DNA of 61,687 nt, counting the filler, from Squatina squatina (taxonomy: Eukaryota): NCBI GenBank assembly GCA_031763465.1. It is 3 parts of 3 records of this genome, joined end to end, with 100 filler letters (N's around TTAATTAATTAA, not from the genome) between each part and the next. Parts side by side here need not be neighbours in the genome. Positions count along the whole stretch, not along the records: positions 19,210 to 40,600 come from JARFOE010000115.1; 2 more parts are not named here. One strand, given 5' to 3'. This document shows positions 24,428-37,659 of this stretch, one piece after another; within the stretch, counting starts at the first letter, position 1; each line of letters begins with the position of its first letter. The translations under genes and the position numbers were made by a program. A model generated the notes under the pieces. It did no database searches, was not told the origin of the DNA, and worked only from the letters and a program-made list of their open reading frames with translations.

Positions 24428-24695
24428 TGGGGGCTATACGGCACCTTTTTATTAGCCTTGTTAGCACCTTCGGGGCGAGCAAGACACTTTTCGCCTGGGG
24501 GAGGGGAGCGCAACCGCCTCCCAGGAAATTGCCCAGGAGTTTTGGGTGCCGGGCTGCAGGCTCGGTCCAACGCTGCCCTGGTGGCCAAGTGGAGGCCCTC
24601 AGAGGCCTTGCAGAGTACAAGGGAAGGGGAGGGACGTTGAAGCACGTCAGAGCTACGTGGAGCATCCGTGCAGCGCTTCCTTCAGCGCCCCAGTA
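24428..24695. mobile_element. GC-rich MITE fragment (same group as 10331-11012)
   Basis: Shared gttagcacc/gttagcgcc motif and CpG richness. Confidence 0.55.
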
Positions 24696-26544
24696 ATGTA
24701 CTTCTGAGGGCTACTGACGTGGCACTGGCAATAGGGAATGGAGGGCAGTATGAAAATAGATATTAAGTGGCTCAGCCCATCACAGATCCTTCAATTTATA
24801 AAGTACAGTATTCAGCTTTAGAATGGAGTAGTAGAAGGGGAGTTATCGGCTATTCTGAGAAGTTGGGCTTCACCCCAATTGCTATTGGAAGATGTAGATA
24901 AATTTCTACTATGGGCGCTTGTATCTTGTCGCTAAGTGGAGACCATCAGATCTCAAATGACCCCGAACGGCTGGTTTGTTTACAATGGGCCTTCCATGCT
25001 CTTCCCGGAACTGAAAAATTGGGTTATTTTGGCTTTGCTGCATTTGGGAAGCATATGGATTCCTCTGCAAATTAACATCTAACCACATTTAAATCCTTTT
25101 CAAATTCATGGTATAGATGAAGCAAGCTTCAGAGTTTTTGCGGAGCTACTACACCTTTCCTAATGTTTGCTTTCAAATCTGCCCATAATTCCATTTTCAT
25201 TTCACCCTGAGCACCCTGTTGGAGGTAAACACTTAGCCTGCTCACTTCCTGTTGCACGGTATGGTGCAAAAGATGTTATACCACAGCTCTTGCCGAGGTG
25301 GTGAGCCAAATATCTCCGCAATATGACCGGATATTAGTGTCAGCAATGCTATTGTACACATGCTTAACGTGCTCATATTAAATGCCTCTCTCCGCTGCGT
25401 CAACAGAGGCATTGACCAGCTGTACAATAACATCATAGTAATTGTTTCCAGGTTCGGGTCTTAAAATGTTTCANNNNNNNNNNNNNNNNNNNNNNNNNNN
25501 NNNNNNNNNNNNNNNNNNNNNNNNNNNNNNNNNNNNNNNNNNNNNNNNNNNNNNNNNNNNNNNNNNNNNNNNNCCGGCGTTAAACTGACACCAATTTTGC
25601 ATCTTAAAATTTAGCGCTGAAAACGGGTGTTAGGGGTTCTACGCCCATTTAACACTAGCGCTCTAGGACCAATTGGGTGCCCCAAATGAGCTCGTTAGTT
25701 GATCAATTTTGTGATACTTGCTGCCTATTGAATGATAGCTTTGAAAAGTATTCACTGACTTGATTGCTCAATTTTCTTCTGATTACTTGTACCTCATTGG
25801 TGGACACCAACTGACTAAAACTACTTTTGCTTTGTTCGCATGTAATTAGTTCGACATTTGATTGGTGACTTAACAGATAATTTGCCTTTTTAACCAATCA
25901 GTAAATTTTGCCTTCCAGACCCATGATCCCCTGAGGTGTGACAGGTTTGAAAGTAGCACAATGGAAGCATACTGGCTGCAAGACTTTTAATTATAGAGGT
26001 GAATTTATATTTAATCTATTGCGTGCATATTTCTGTTGATGAAGGTAGAAAGTAGTGATAGTCAAAGGCTGACATCTTGGATGGATTGGATTTGACCTGT
26101 ATTTGCCCAGTAAATCCAAGCCTGTTCTAAGTTAGAAGATAACAAACTCCCACCCTAAACTTCATGTCATTCAAACTCCATAACAACTTTTAATTTCAGA
26201 TCTAGAAAATATAATCCAAGGTGCTGTAAGATCCATTTGAGCTGAGTGTGGTAGAATTGTTCATATTGGTTTCTTGATTCATCCTCATTGGACAACTCCA
26301 TTTTTAGGACACTCCAAGCCAATTGAGTAAGCTAGGGTAGACCTATTCCTCCTGTCCTCAAAATATTACTGAGATGCTACATTCCAAGCTCAGAAGAGCA
26401 CAGTTCTTCGGCAGCACCTCCCAAGGCTTGGCAAGTTGCTGCAGTGCATCTTGTAGATGGTACACACTGCAGTCATGGTGCACCGGTGGCGCAGGGTGTG
26501 ACATTTCCATTCTTCTTTAACCATGAACTCATGCTCACTATGAA

Positions 26545-26966
26545 AGAAATAAAAGAATTGCATTTATCTAGTGCCTTTCATGACCTCAGGACATCACAAA
26601 GCATTTTACAGCCAATGAAGTACTTTTGAAGTGTAGCGAGTGTTGTAATGTAGTGAAATATGGCAGCCAATTTGCGCATAGCAGGGTCTCAAAACTGCAA
26701 TATGATAATATAATCTGTTTTTCGGGATGTTGGTTGAAGGATAATATTGGCCAGGACACTGGAGAGAGCTTGTGTGCTCTTCTTTGAAACAGTGCCGTGG
26801 GCCTTGGTTTAACACCTCATCCAACAGCTCTGCCACTGAGGCTTTCCCTCAATGCTGCATTGGAGTGCCAGCCTAGATTTTGTGCTCAAGTCTCTGGAGT
26901 GGGATTTAGAACCCACAACCTTCCGACTCAGAGGCGAGAGTGCTACCCATTGAGCCGAGGCTGACT
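26545..26966 (-). mobile_element. Near full-length SacSINE1-like SINE
   Basis: tRNA-like head at ~26890-26966, conserved tgcgcaaattggctgcc core, and (ttct)n-type tail. Fragments also at ~22477-22570, 32160-32330, 59480-59685 and 60650-60810. Confidence 0.85.
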
Positions 26967-27595
26967 TAACAAAGCAGAGACTGTCCAAGCTGAGTTTATC
27001 AATTATTCAATAGCAATGAGAGACAGGAGACCTTTACTTCCTTTTGCTGAAGGAAGTTTAGCGTTGACTCTCCAGGGCGGAAGGGGCGGGTGATTAAACC
27101 AGAAGAGTTTTATCTTTTCTTGTAGATGCAATGTCCTTTTTGATGTTCTGCATCTTTTCTTTCAACCGTTAGGCCGTATATCACACTCCCTTTGCTGAGC
27201 GCAATTCAAGCTCCTGATTGTGAGCCAAGTGGTTTTCAGGTTTTATTGACATTTTAAACTCTGAATAGGACAACATCTAAAAATATTACAGCTGCTGCCA
27301 TCTTTCCCCAGGGTACTGTCAAAAATAATCAAAATCACCAATATGCATTGAACACAAAGACCTTTGTGACAAAATGAGCAGATGTTAATGTAAATTACAT
27401 ACAGATTCTTCTTTAGAATGTTCATCAAACAAGTAGAGCCTTCACAATTAATGGAAGGAAATTCAACCTTTTAACTATTTGAGGACAATAATTAATATTT
27501 TAGAACAATTATTAAAGCTATAATTTTATTAATTAAAACACAACAATATTCTGCATTGCAACAGGGTAGGCTTGATTCAAGAAGTCTGCACGACA

Positions 27596-28050
27596 GGCCG
27601 TGAAACCAAGTTTGAGTTGCCCCAGGAGATCAGCAGAAACCCCCCCCCCCCCCCCCCAACCCCNNNNNNNNNNNNNNNNNNNNNNNNNNNNNNNNNNNNN
27701 NNNNNNNNNNNNNNNNNNNNNNNNNNNNNNNNNNNNNNNNNNNNNNNNNNNNNNNNNNNNNNNCTCCCTCCAGCCCCGATGTCTAATCGCGCCCCCAAGC
27801 CGCGATCGGCGGGGCCCTCACGCCAGCTACAATGCCCGATCTCTGCCCCCTCCAGCCCCGACGGCCGACCTTTCCCCCCCCCCTCCTCCCGATTGCCGTG
27901 GACCGTCCCCGAGGCTGGCAATCTGGCCGGCTGCTGGGCGGGAAACCGGACAAGAAAATGTTAACTTGGTCCTGCCGTTAATGTCGGCGGTACCTCCGCG
28001 TCTTCGGCCTTGCCAGGTTCAGCCTCCCCCGCACCCTCCCAACATCCCCG
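27596..28050. mobile_element. GC-rich non-autonomous DNA transposon fragment
   Basis: CpG-rich island starting aggccgtgaaa, similar in style to the other Harbinger-like MITEs. Interrupted by a gap. Confidence 0.5.
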
Positions 28051-29059
28051 TACATTGCGAAAAGTGGCTGTACAGCTGATGCATTAAAAACTTAGCCAGA
28101 CGCCTCAATACTGGATCCACATGCAGCCAGTCCTCACATATTTCCATCATTACAGCGGCAAGAACGGCTCTTTCCTTCCTCTCGTACAAATCGAATTTTA
28201 ATCATTTATAGTGTGCACTTAAAATTTAATACACTATAAAGTAAATCATTCTGTATCAGTATTTCAAATTAACCTTTTAAGCCCTGAAGCCATCGATCAT
28301 CTCAGCGACCAGGGCTCTGCTCCTTCATCTTGCTCTACTGAAATGAGATTTGATAACAGCAGTGTGAAATGGCCCAACTCGTCTTTACAATACTCCAAGG
28401 AATTTAAAAGTAATTATTTTGTAAACAAGCCATCAATTTGTACCGATATTATGTCTAAAACAAATGTGCGGTGTCTGCTCGTTTTCTTTCAAATTGTAAT
28501 GCATGTAAAGGTGAATTGAACTCAAGGCTCATTAAGTGAATTTTCTCTCAGTGGGGCAGAAGTTAATCTGTCAGGAGTAAATTCACAACTAACCAATATC
28601 CATGGGTTTTATTCCCCTGCACCCCACAGTTATCAAATCAAAATGTAAATATTTCAGTATCGACCTGGCAAACTTTAAGTGCCGAGGACCAGTAAACTGG
28701 CAGAAGAGCCAGCTGGACCATTGCCATTTGCCTTACCTATCCTCACTGATCACTGTCAGGATGCTCCAGTTAGACTGCCGTCCAATTTAGAACAGGTACT
28801 CATCGCTATACCTGGAAGAGGCATTTCCCACCAGGGGAGACATTTAACTGCCCAATCTTCCACTTCCATATCTATTACCACAGTATGAACAAACAGACTT
28901 CGCTAACTCTGCCAATCTGCTTCTTTCCTGATGAACCCACCTGTTATGATTCCCTTTCGACAGAGAAGAAGCGGCGACCTGCTATCCTGTTTTATTTTAC
29001 TAGAGTTAAGCGGGGAATGATGTTACTCACAGTAATTGTTACCAGAAACAGCAAATCCT

Positions 29060-29243
29060 TGTCCAACATTTACGAGATTCTTGCGAGCTTTGTGGAGAAG
29101 AGCAAGGACGGCAGGGTGGATGAGCAACCTGACCATAGCACCGTGGTACAGGGGGCCATTCAAGTAGGGGGAGCAAAAAGGAACGTAGTAGTGGTAGGGG
29201 ACAGTATAGTTAGAGGGATAGATTCTGTTCTCTGCAGCCAAGA
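29060..29243 (+). mobile_element. CR1 LINE ORF1 fragment (SGNH esterase-like region)
   Basis: LSNIYEIL...GGAKRNVVVVGDSIVRGIDSVLC, with the GDS motif typical of CR1 ORF1. Confidence 0.8.
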
Positions 29244-29787
29244 NNNNNNNNNNNNNNNNNNNNNNNNNNNNNNNNNNNNNNNNNNNNNNNNNNNNNNNNN
29301 NNNNNNNNNNNNNNNNNNNNNNNNNNNNNNNNNNNNNNNNNNNCAGTACATTCCCAGGATGTTAGCTTCAGTCAGATTTCCATAGGCGTGAAGTTGACTC
29401 CAGTTCTGTAGATGTTGCCTATTTTCCAAGCTGGCATTGTTGTTTTCAGTGGGGATTACAAGTTTGTGCTGATGCTATAGGATGTGTCTCTGGCAACATT
29501 TCATCCTTCTTCAGGGACTGAAGTTCAGAAGTAGGCTGCAGTTTCGAAGTCCGAATTATTTCAACTAGTTGACTTCAGGGCTGTCTGGTCCTGGATCTCT
29601 GAAGGAGCATCTGATGCTTGAGCAAAGTGTTGAGACAAACTAAAATGCAGAGTGCTTGTACAACAAAAAAGCAATCTTGCATCCTTTCAATTCTCCCTTT
29701 TACGAGGGCTTTGATACTGCACTCCAGAGACCGTCGAGAAGAGTTCATTGCAAGACGACTATGTTTAAAGGGACAGAAAAAGAGTGA

Positions 29788-29983
29788 CAGCTGGAAATAT
29801 GAAATGGAAATAGACAATGCTGAAAACGCATTAGGCAGGTCAAGCAGGGAAGAGAAAAGGCAAGTCAACATTTTGGGTAGAGTTCTGACAAAGGATGTCG
29901 ATTCAAATGTTAAATTGCATTTTCTCTTTTCAGATGTTGATTGACCTGCTGTGTATTACCTGCATTTTCTGATTTTATTTTAG
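29788..29983. repeat. Palindromic MER6/Penelope-associated repeat, decayed
   Basis: Arms tgctgaaaacgcattaggcaggtcaa / ttgacctgctgtgtattacctgcattttctg are roughly complementary. A related half copy lies at ~17685-17790. Confidence 0.55.
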
Positions 29984-30229
29984 CACCACTTGGTTAATAA
30001 ATTTGGCTGATGGGACTCATTATCCTTAAGCAGCTTGTAGCTTGCTGCCGAGAACTGCGTGTTTACACATATCAGTCTGGTGTTGTGATGTTGATAATAT
30101 CATCATGGCACAACTACAGAGCTGCTGCTCAGAGCAGTGAGCTTAGTAACAAAGAGGCAGAGGGAAAAAGTTTGCCACAGACATCATTGACAAGTGTGTC
30201 TTTGATTTCCAGATGTTGGATGACCAACA

Positions 30230-30960
30230 CACAGCACCACTGAATGGCAAAATGCCAACACGTGGCACTATGGATCGTAGGATATCAACAAACAGCATCA
30301 TGGATCGTAGGATACGAATATATGTTACCGTGGAGCGTAACACACCAACACATGGCACCACGGAACGTAGGATACCAGCACACAACACCTCGGAGGATAG
30401 GACAACAACACATAGCACCACAGAGCATGGAATACAAACACATGCCACACAGTGTGTAGGATGCCAATACACACACCATGCAGTGTAGAATACCAATAGA
30501 CAGCACCACAAAGTTTTGGACACCAACACATGGTACAACAGTTTGTAGGATACCAACACATGGCACCACAGTACATAAGATACCAACTTATGGCACCACA
30601 GTACATAGGATACCAACATATGGCACCACAGTACATAGGATACCAACTTATGGCACCACAGTACATAGGACACCAACTTACGGCACCACAGTACATAGGA
30701 TACCAACACATGGCACCACAGTACATAAGATACCAACACATGACACCACAGTACATAGGATACATGCACATTATACCACAAAGCATAGGACACCAACACA
30801 AAACACAGCAGTGTGTAGAATACCAATACAGAGTACCACTGAGCAATAGGATGCCAACACAAGATATCATGCAGCGTAGAATACCAAAACAGAGGCACTA
30901 CAAAGTGTAGAATACCATCCACGTGTCACCATGGAGCAACAGACTACCAAGACACAGCAC
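30230..30960. repeat. 30-bp minisatellite, about 24 units
   Basis: Consensus GTACATAGGATACCAACACATGGCACCACA. Homogeneous at ~30550-30760, degenerate toward both edges, and running into a gap. Confidence 0.95.
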
Positions 30961-33900
30961 NNNNNNNNNNNNNNNNNNNNNNNNNNNNNNNNNNNNNNNN
31001 NNNNNNNNNNNNNNNNNNNNNNNNNNNNNNNNNNNNNNNNNNNNNNNNNNNNNNNNNNNNCAACGCAAAAGAAAATCACTCCTTTCAAGCTGCAGTAATC
31101 ACTAGTCAAGCTTTCAGCAGTCTTCAGGCTCAAAAACTCTTCACTGTTCCTTGTATTACTCATTCTAACTGACCTCCTAGTGCATCAGTAGCATAAATAC
31201 AGGAAATTCGGGGCGTCGGCACCACTAGCCCTCATTTAAATATATTTAAGTTAGGTGCATGGGGCAGAAGAGTTCAGTGGGCAGATCAGGGGGCACAGGA
31301 ACAGGAGGAGACCATTCAGCTCCTTAAGCTTGTTTCACCATTCAATTAGATCATGGCCGATCTGTAGTTTAACTCCATCTACTGACCTTGGTTCCATAAT
31401 CCTTAATATCGTTGCCTAACATAAATTTGGAAGGGCCATTTCAGGAAGTTCGCAGGGTGGGGTGGGGTGCGGGGGGGAGAGGGGGGAATTGTGCGGAGGG
31501 GTTTCGGTTTGATTTTGGGTCAGAAACAGCTTCCACTTCAATTTGTTGGCCAGAAAACAGGCCGCTCTGATTTAACATTGCAGAACGGCCAAAATTTCAC
31601 GGCCCTTATTTTCAAAAAATGGTTGAATGTAGTTCACAAAGCCAAATATCCCAGCAAGCACAGCCAAGTGGCAGTCATGGCCGAAACATTAATGAAGCAG
31701 CACAGGAAACCCAAAATGTCTCCTCTCAGGATGTAAAAGAAATGTAAACATTAATCCTTCCCACCAGATGCTGTTTCTTTCATCCAACACATACTTCAGA
31801 TTAAAGGCTATCCGTTCTTGGCTTACTTTACTAGTTCCACTTGTATAAACAGATGATACACTAAAACAGTGACCAACCTACCATCCCAGCACTTAACTAC
31901 CTTGCGGNNNNNNNNNNNNNNNNNNNNNNNNNNNNNNNNNNNNNNNNNNNNNNNNNNNNNNNNNNNNNNNNNNNNNNNNNNNNNNNNNNNNNNNNNNNNN
32001 NNNNNNNCAACATTACTGAAAAATAACCAAAGGTATTAAGGGATATGGGGCAAAGGCGGGTATATGGAGTTAGGTCACAGATTGGCCAAGACCTCATTGA
32101 ATGTTGGAACTGGGTTGAGGGGCTAAATGGCCTACTCCTGTTCCTACATTCCTAAACATTGATTAACTGTTCATAATCACATTGCTGTTCGTGGGATCTT
32201 GCTGTGTGCTTTTTGGCTGCCCATTTCCTACACTGCAACAATCTAAAGCACTTTTCATTGGTTATCAAGCACTTTGAGACATCCTGAGGTCATAAAAGGC
32301 GCTACAGAAATGCAAGTTCTTTCTTTCTGTCTGTGTAACGTAAAATGAGGAGGCACCTTACATTGAATGTCCTTTGCCCCAGTGTACCTGCCCCTTTGTT
32401 TTAACACAATTACGTTGAGGTGTGTGGCTATGACGACAGTGCTTTAGTAGTACTGCATGGGTTACGAAATTTCCAGAAATGAATTTGTTATGAATTTAAT
32501 TCATGGTAAGTTTAAGTAGCAGAATTGTATGTGGATAGAAAAAAAGACTTGTTTTTAACTGTCTGGCTACTTAAAAAAAAAATGGTTTTCTTAAAAATGA
32601 AATTATATTTTCAGATGCGAATTAAAGGGTCCTTAAATCTAGCAGTGGTGCTGCACAATCTGCTGATACTTTTAAGAGTGCGGTTTAAAGCAGCCCCAAA
32701 AGTTAAGGGTCTTCTCTCAAACTTTAAAAGAGGCGCTCTCCATTACAGGGAGGGAAGGAGGTGGAATAGCTGCATGGCATAACTGCGTGTTCACAAGAGA
32801 ATGGCACGTTTCAGCACAGACTGCAGTAATTGTTGAACACGCTTTAACCCTTACAGCAATTCCCAATTAAAACACCTTCTTCTGTGTCAGTATGTTTTAC
32901 ACTTGTGCTTTGTTTCAGGTATACATGTGACACGTACAATACACTATCTGCACACTGTGTGCACAAATTTATTTCCCAGTGTGTCCCACTGCTGCTTCTT
33001 GCTTACTGAACCGCATTCCCTGGGATGTAATGTGCCTTTCAAGTCTTAAGTATGGGGTTGTAAAGCTTAAGTTAATTACTGGACATTTGAAAGCTCAGTA
33101 CCCATTTCCTTTTTGTTGCTAAAATCTTTATTAAACTTTGAAAAAAAGCACTGTTATTAACTAAAATTGGCACTTGCATATTTCAAAAGGAGCTGATGAA
33201 GTGCATTTTGGAAGACTGTTTATAGCAATACTTTATTTTCTCAGAAGTTTCCTTCCTCCCCCCCCACCCCCCATCGCTATGCCCTTATTTCTGTGACTCT
33301 CCTCGGTGTGTTTACGTATCAATTTGTCATACCGTTGTGCCTCCATGGTGTGAATGCAGTTTGAGCTATTTTGCATGCCATGAAAGAGTTGAAGAGCGTT
33401 CAAGAGTAAAGCATATGGAATCAGTCACGCCCCTGCATAATGATGCTCCTTTCCTATGCCCTTGCTTTGACTTTGGCTCTCTGTACTTACTGAATGTTGG
33501 AAACTTCATAAAATAGATTTGTCTAAGGTTAGAAAATGAGATTCCAGAATCCCCACCGGCAGGGAAGACTTGCATATAATCAATGCCAAGAGCTCAGTAT
33601 AAGCTCATATTGATCAAATGAAAAATGAGTTGAAAATGAACATTGCGTTGAGAGTTTGAAGATTTTAGCCCTACGAGCTACAGGATAGCTTACAAAGGCG
33701 CCGCATCCCGAAATATGACAAGCTAATAATCTGCTTGGAGGCGGGATTTAATGCTTTGACTGCAATAATAGCATTTGACATCACACAATTGTAATGGGAT
33801 TCAAACAAGGAACGTTATTAGTTATTATCTGATCTGACTCTGTGCCTGTGCGATGACTGTAAGATGCCACTGAAGAAAGCTAACGGGCTGGATGCTGTTT

Positions 33901-34299
33901 CTCCCACTGCTGTCAAACAGAGTCACTCAGTGACTTGCAATTACACACTCAGTGATAGCCACAAAGACAAATGTCAAGAAAGTTCAGATTTAGAGTTGTG
34001 AAAGCCATCTAAAGTTTATTTGCTAAAAACACATTCAAATCACCTTTGATCAACTGAGTTCCCAGCAGGCAAAGATTTCCAATAGTGCAAAATACAAGCA
34101 TTTGTCATAATGGAGGGCAACTGCAGTGAATAAAGGGCATTGGCAGATAATTGAGTGTCTCCAAAATTTGGCCTTTCACATATGATACAAGAATACCTTA
34201 GGGAATGAACACCCAGTACAAGGAACTAAAGAAACACTATTGTTCTTGCAATAAAGGCAGCATCTCACACAAGGCTTTGTCCAACAATGCAATGCTGAT

Positions 34300-34825
34300 T
34301 TACATGTACAAATACCAGATGGCTGAGAGTGCCTGCGTATCCACCCTCTCACAACCACCTTTGACCCTCTCCTCTGCCAAAGCTGCCCACTAATCCAGGA
34401 GCATCCTGGAATGCAAAGATAACCCCCGGTTTCTTTTCTCCACTACTAATCATCTTTTTAAACATCTCACATATGGCCCTTCCACCCTCACCTCCAACAA
34501 CAATTGCGAGGACCATTGGACTTTGTCACCGAGATTGAGATCATCCATTTAATTGCCTCTACTGCATCACTCCTTTCCCCTTGCCCATCAAATCAGGCCA
34601 AGCTTCTTCCAACATGTCCCCCTGTCCCAGTCCTGAACTCGCATCTTTCTCTAGTTTCTCGCCTATCTTTCCTCACCCGCCTCCTGATATTTCAACCCCA
34701 ATCCCACTAAACTACTGACCCATAACTTCCCTTCTTGGCCTCCATGCTGGCAGATGAAATTAACAATTCCCTCTCCTTGTGCACTGTGCCCATCCCTTTG
34801 AAATTTGCCACATCACCCCCTCTTA
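34300..34825 (+). mobile_element. Decayed L2-type LINE ORF2 fragment
   Basis: C/T-rich, with traces of FVTEIE.I, LA..IN.SL..TVP and FK.A.ITPL motifs. Confidence 0.6.
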
Positions 34826-34925
34826 NNNNNNNNNNNNNNNNNNNNNNNNNNNNNNNNNNNNNNNNNNNNNNNNNNNNNNNNNNNNNNNNNNNNNNNNNNN
34901 NNNNNNNNNNNNNNNNNNNNNNNNN

Positions 34926-35530
34926 CGTGAGCTAAATTGGGCCTACCGCCCCCGAGAGGAAATAGAGCGCAAAATCTGGTGCTCCACTTCCTCTCAGGGG
35001 TGGGACTGGGCGCTAACCAATTCAAATTTTCCAGCGCTACCCGGAGAGGTGCATGACGCTGGTGGGAACACAGGGTCCTCCCCCTCCATTAAAGGGGAGG
35101 GCCACGCTGCCAACTGTGCAGGAGAGAGAAGGGGCCATCACTAGAGCACTAGGGAGCGGGGTGNNNNNNNNNNTGCCCGTGGCAGCAGCTCGGCACAGAA
35201 GCGGAGTGCCGGGCTGCAACATCACGGCATGGACCCCGCCAACTGAAGTTGAGAAGGCCGCAAGTCAGCCAATTTTTAAAATTTCCAACGCCTCACCTCC
35301 TCTTTAATTTTCACCCCATGAGTGACCTAAAGCCTCACGGGGCAGCAGCCTCACGGGGCGCTACCGAGGTTTTGCTGCGGGGTGAAAACAGGTTGCTGCA
35401 GACGGTGATGATGCCCGGGCCGCTACCGGTTAGCGTCGCCGCTAAACTCCCGCAGAATTTCGCGAGAGTCATTAGCGGCGCCGCAGACGGGCGAAAAGGG
35501 GGAGGCGCAAACAATCCGGATTTTCCCCCC
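34926..35530. mobile_element. GC-rich Harbinger-like MITE
   Basis: CpG-rich, ending gattttcccccc, the reverse complement of the family's gggggaaaat terminus. Confidence 0.7.
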
Positions 35531-37659
35531 ATGAAGTTACAATGGAAAACAAAGTTGACTTGAAAACGGGAAGTTGTGCAGACAGGAAAAGTGTGTGCAG
35601 ATATCAGATTTAGGTTGGCTTAAACATTAGCTGTGGTGCTGCCCACAGCCTGTTCATGAGTATGATTTTTATTTATAACAGTTAACAACAGAGTTGGGTT
35701 ACAGCCTGAAACACATTGTAAACATCGACTCAACAAAATTGAATGGGAAGCATTGACAATTTACAATGGTCACTGCTGTTAGAAAGCATAACCAAAAATA
35801 TTGACATTAGGAATGAGGTCAGCGCACCCGTAAGAAGATTTTTAATAATATATAGGTTAGTTTTTAACTTCTAATGAGATTGCAAAACTAGAAATTATAG
35901 ATTTATTATAATAGGTAATAAATACGACAGGAAAGACTGGGCTAGTTTTGTAGTATGTACAGATTACACATTGTATCACATTGTATATATAACGTAATTT
36001 TTGAGTCGAGGGTCTTTTTGTGCGTGGTTGGAGTGACTTGATAACGAGTCCTTTCATGCTTTATTCAGAAGTTCTCGGGAACCTGCGTCTGTTTGATTTG
36101 CAGGAGAGGAAATGTTAGCAACAGGCTCTTCCTGTCTGAAGCAATTACATCACCTCTCCACAATGGGGAAACGAGTTATTGTCAAAAGCCTATAACTAGG
36201 CTTTTCATTTCTCCCCTCTGACATTAAAGCATTGCTGAGCTGGGCAAAAACAAAGCGGAACACAAACAAAAGACCAGCAAATGCTGCGGGAGCGTGACAG
36301 TTCCTGGGCGGTGGGGACCACAGAAATGTCAAGTCACGGAAGGCAATCTGTCAAGAATGAGTAATGTAGGATGTAACAGTGTGATGATTCTTCTGGGTGC
36401 AGGATGGAATATCTTCATGGATAAAGAATGAAGGAAAATGCTAAACACCATTGGTGTGAAAACAAGTAGGTTTCTTAACTCCCTCTTCTGGCTCATTTAG
36501 AACATTCCAGATGGTGGTCCAATATGCATAGCTCCAGCCTCCTGCTGAAGGGGAGAGGAGGGGAAATCATAAAACCATGCCCCTTCTGGCTTAGCCTTCG
36601 CTGGGTTACATCAAGTTAGAGAAATATTTTCTAGTTTTGCTTAATTTACCGAGGGGGAGGAAGAAACATTGCAAAATATAGCCTCAGGTGATTTTGAGCG
36701 GACTCTGAGATAGAGGAGCTGCTAGCAGGAATAGATATGATGGCGTTTTCGGACAGTGCCATGGGATCTCTTGTGTCCACCTGAGAGAGCAGATGGAGCC
36801 TCAGTTTAACACCTCAATCACAAGAAGAGGTTGCTGCACTGAGCCAATCTGTGACGATGAGGCGGAAGCTTGCAGTCATACAGAGAGTANNNNNNNNNNN
36901 NNNNNNNNNNNNNNNNNNNNNNNNNNNNNNNNNNNNNNNNNNNNNNNNNNNNNNNNNNNNNNNNNNNNNNNNNNNNNNNNNNNNNNNNNGATATGGGGAG
37001 AAAGCAGGGACAGGGTACTGAATTTGGAAGATCAGCCATGATCTCACTGAATGGCGGAGCAGGCTCGAAGGGCTGAATGGCCTACTCCTGCTCCTATCTT
37101 CGATGTTTCTATGAATGAAATACAATCTGTTTTCTGATTGGAGGTCCAGGCTCATGTGATCCCTGGTACGGTTCCGCACGGGCTGCATCCCTGGGATCCG
37201 TGGGCCATTATGCGGCCCTCCAACTCACAGCGTCACAGCGCAAGTTTTTGCACGAGGGTCGCCATCAGGTAGGTGCATGTTCTTCTCGCAGGCCAGTGGC
37301 CTACCCCGGAGGTACACCGCCAACCGTAATTTTTCGTCCAATAGTTCACAGCAGTTCAGATCAAATAATCTTCTTTGTTTCAAAGGAAGAAGAATAAATC
37401 CCCACATTGCTGCTGCGAGATACAGATAAATTGATTATTGAGATTATTCCAGGAGATCTGCGCATTACAAAAATCATTTCTCATCGAATATGAAATAAGC
37501 TGTCAGCAGTCACAAAAAGGTATAATCAAGTAAAATACATAGAAACAAGCTCATTAATGGGTTTGTTTTACCTTATTTTTTTCAAAGCAATTTAGTTTTG
37601 AACAAGTTTACACTGAACATGCAGAAGCCTGTTGTGAACCATATGGCTAGATTAATGCC

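Noticed and set aside
30143-30922. 259-aa hydrophobic ORF as a membrane protein, or the 30-bp array as a CRISPR array
   Set aside because: It is a head-to-tail minisatellite with no unique spacers and no cas genes. The ORFs follow from the repeat period.
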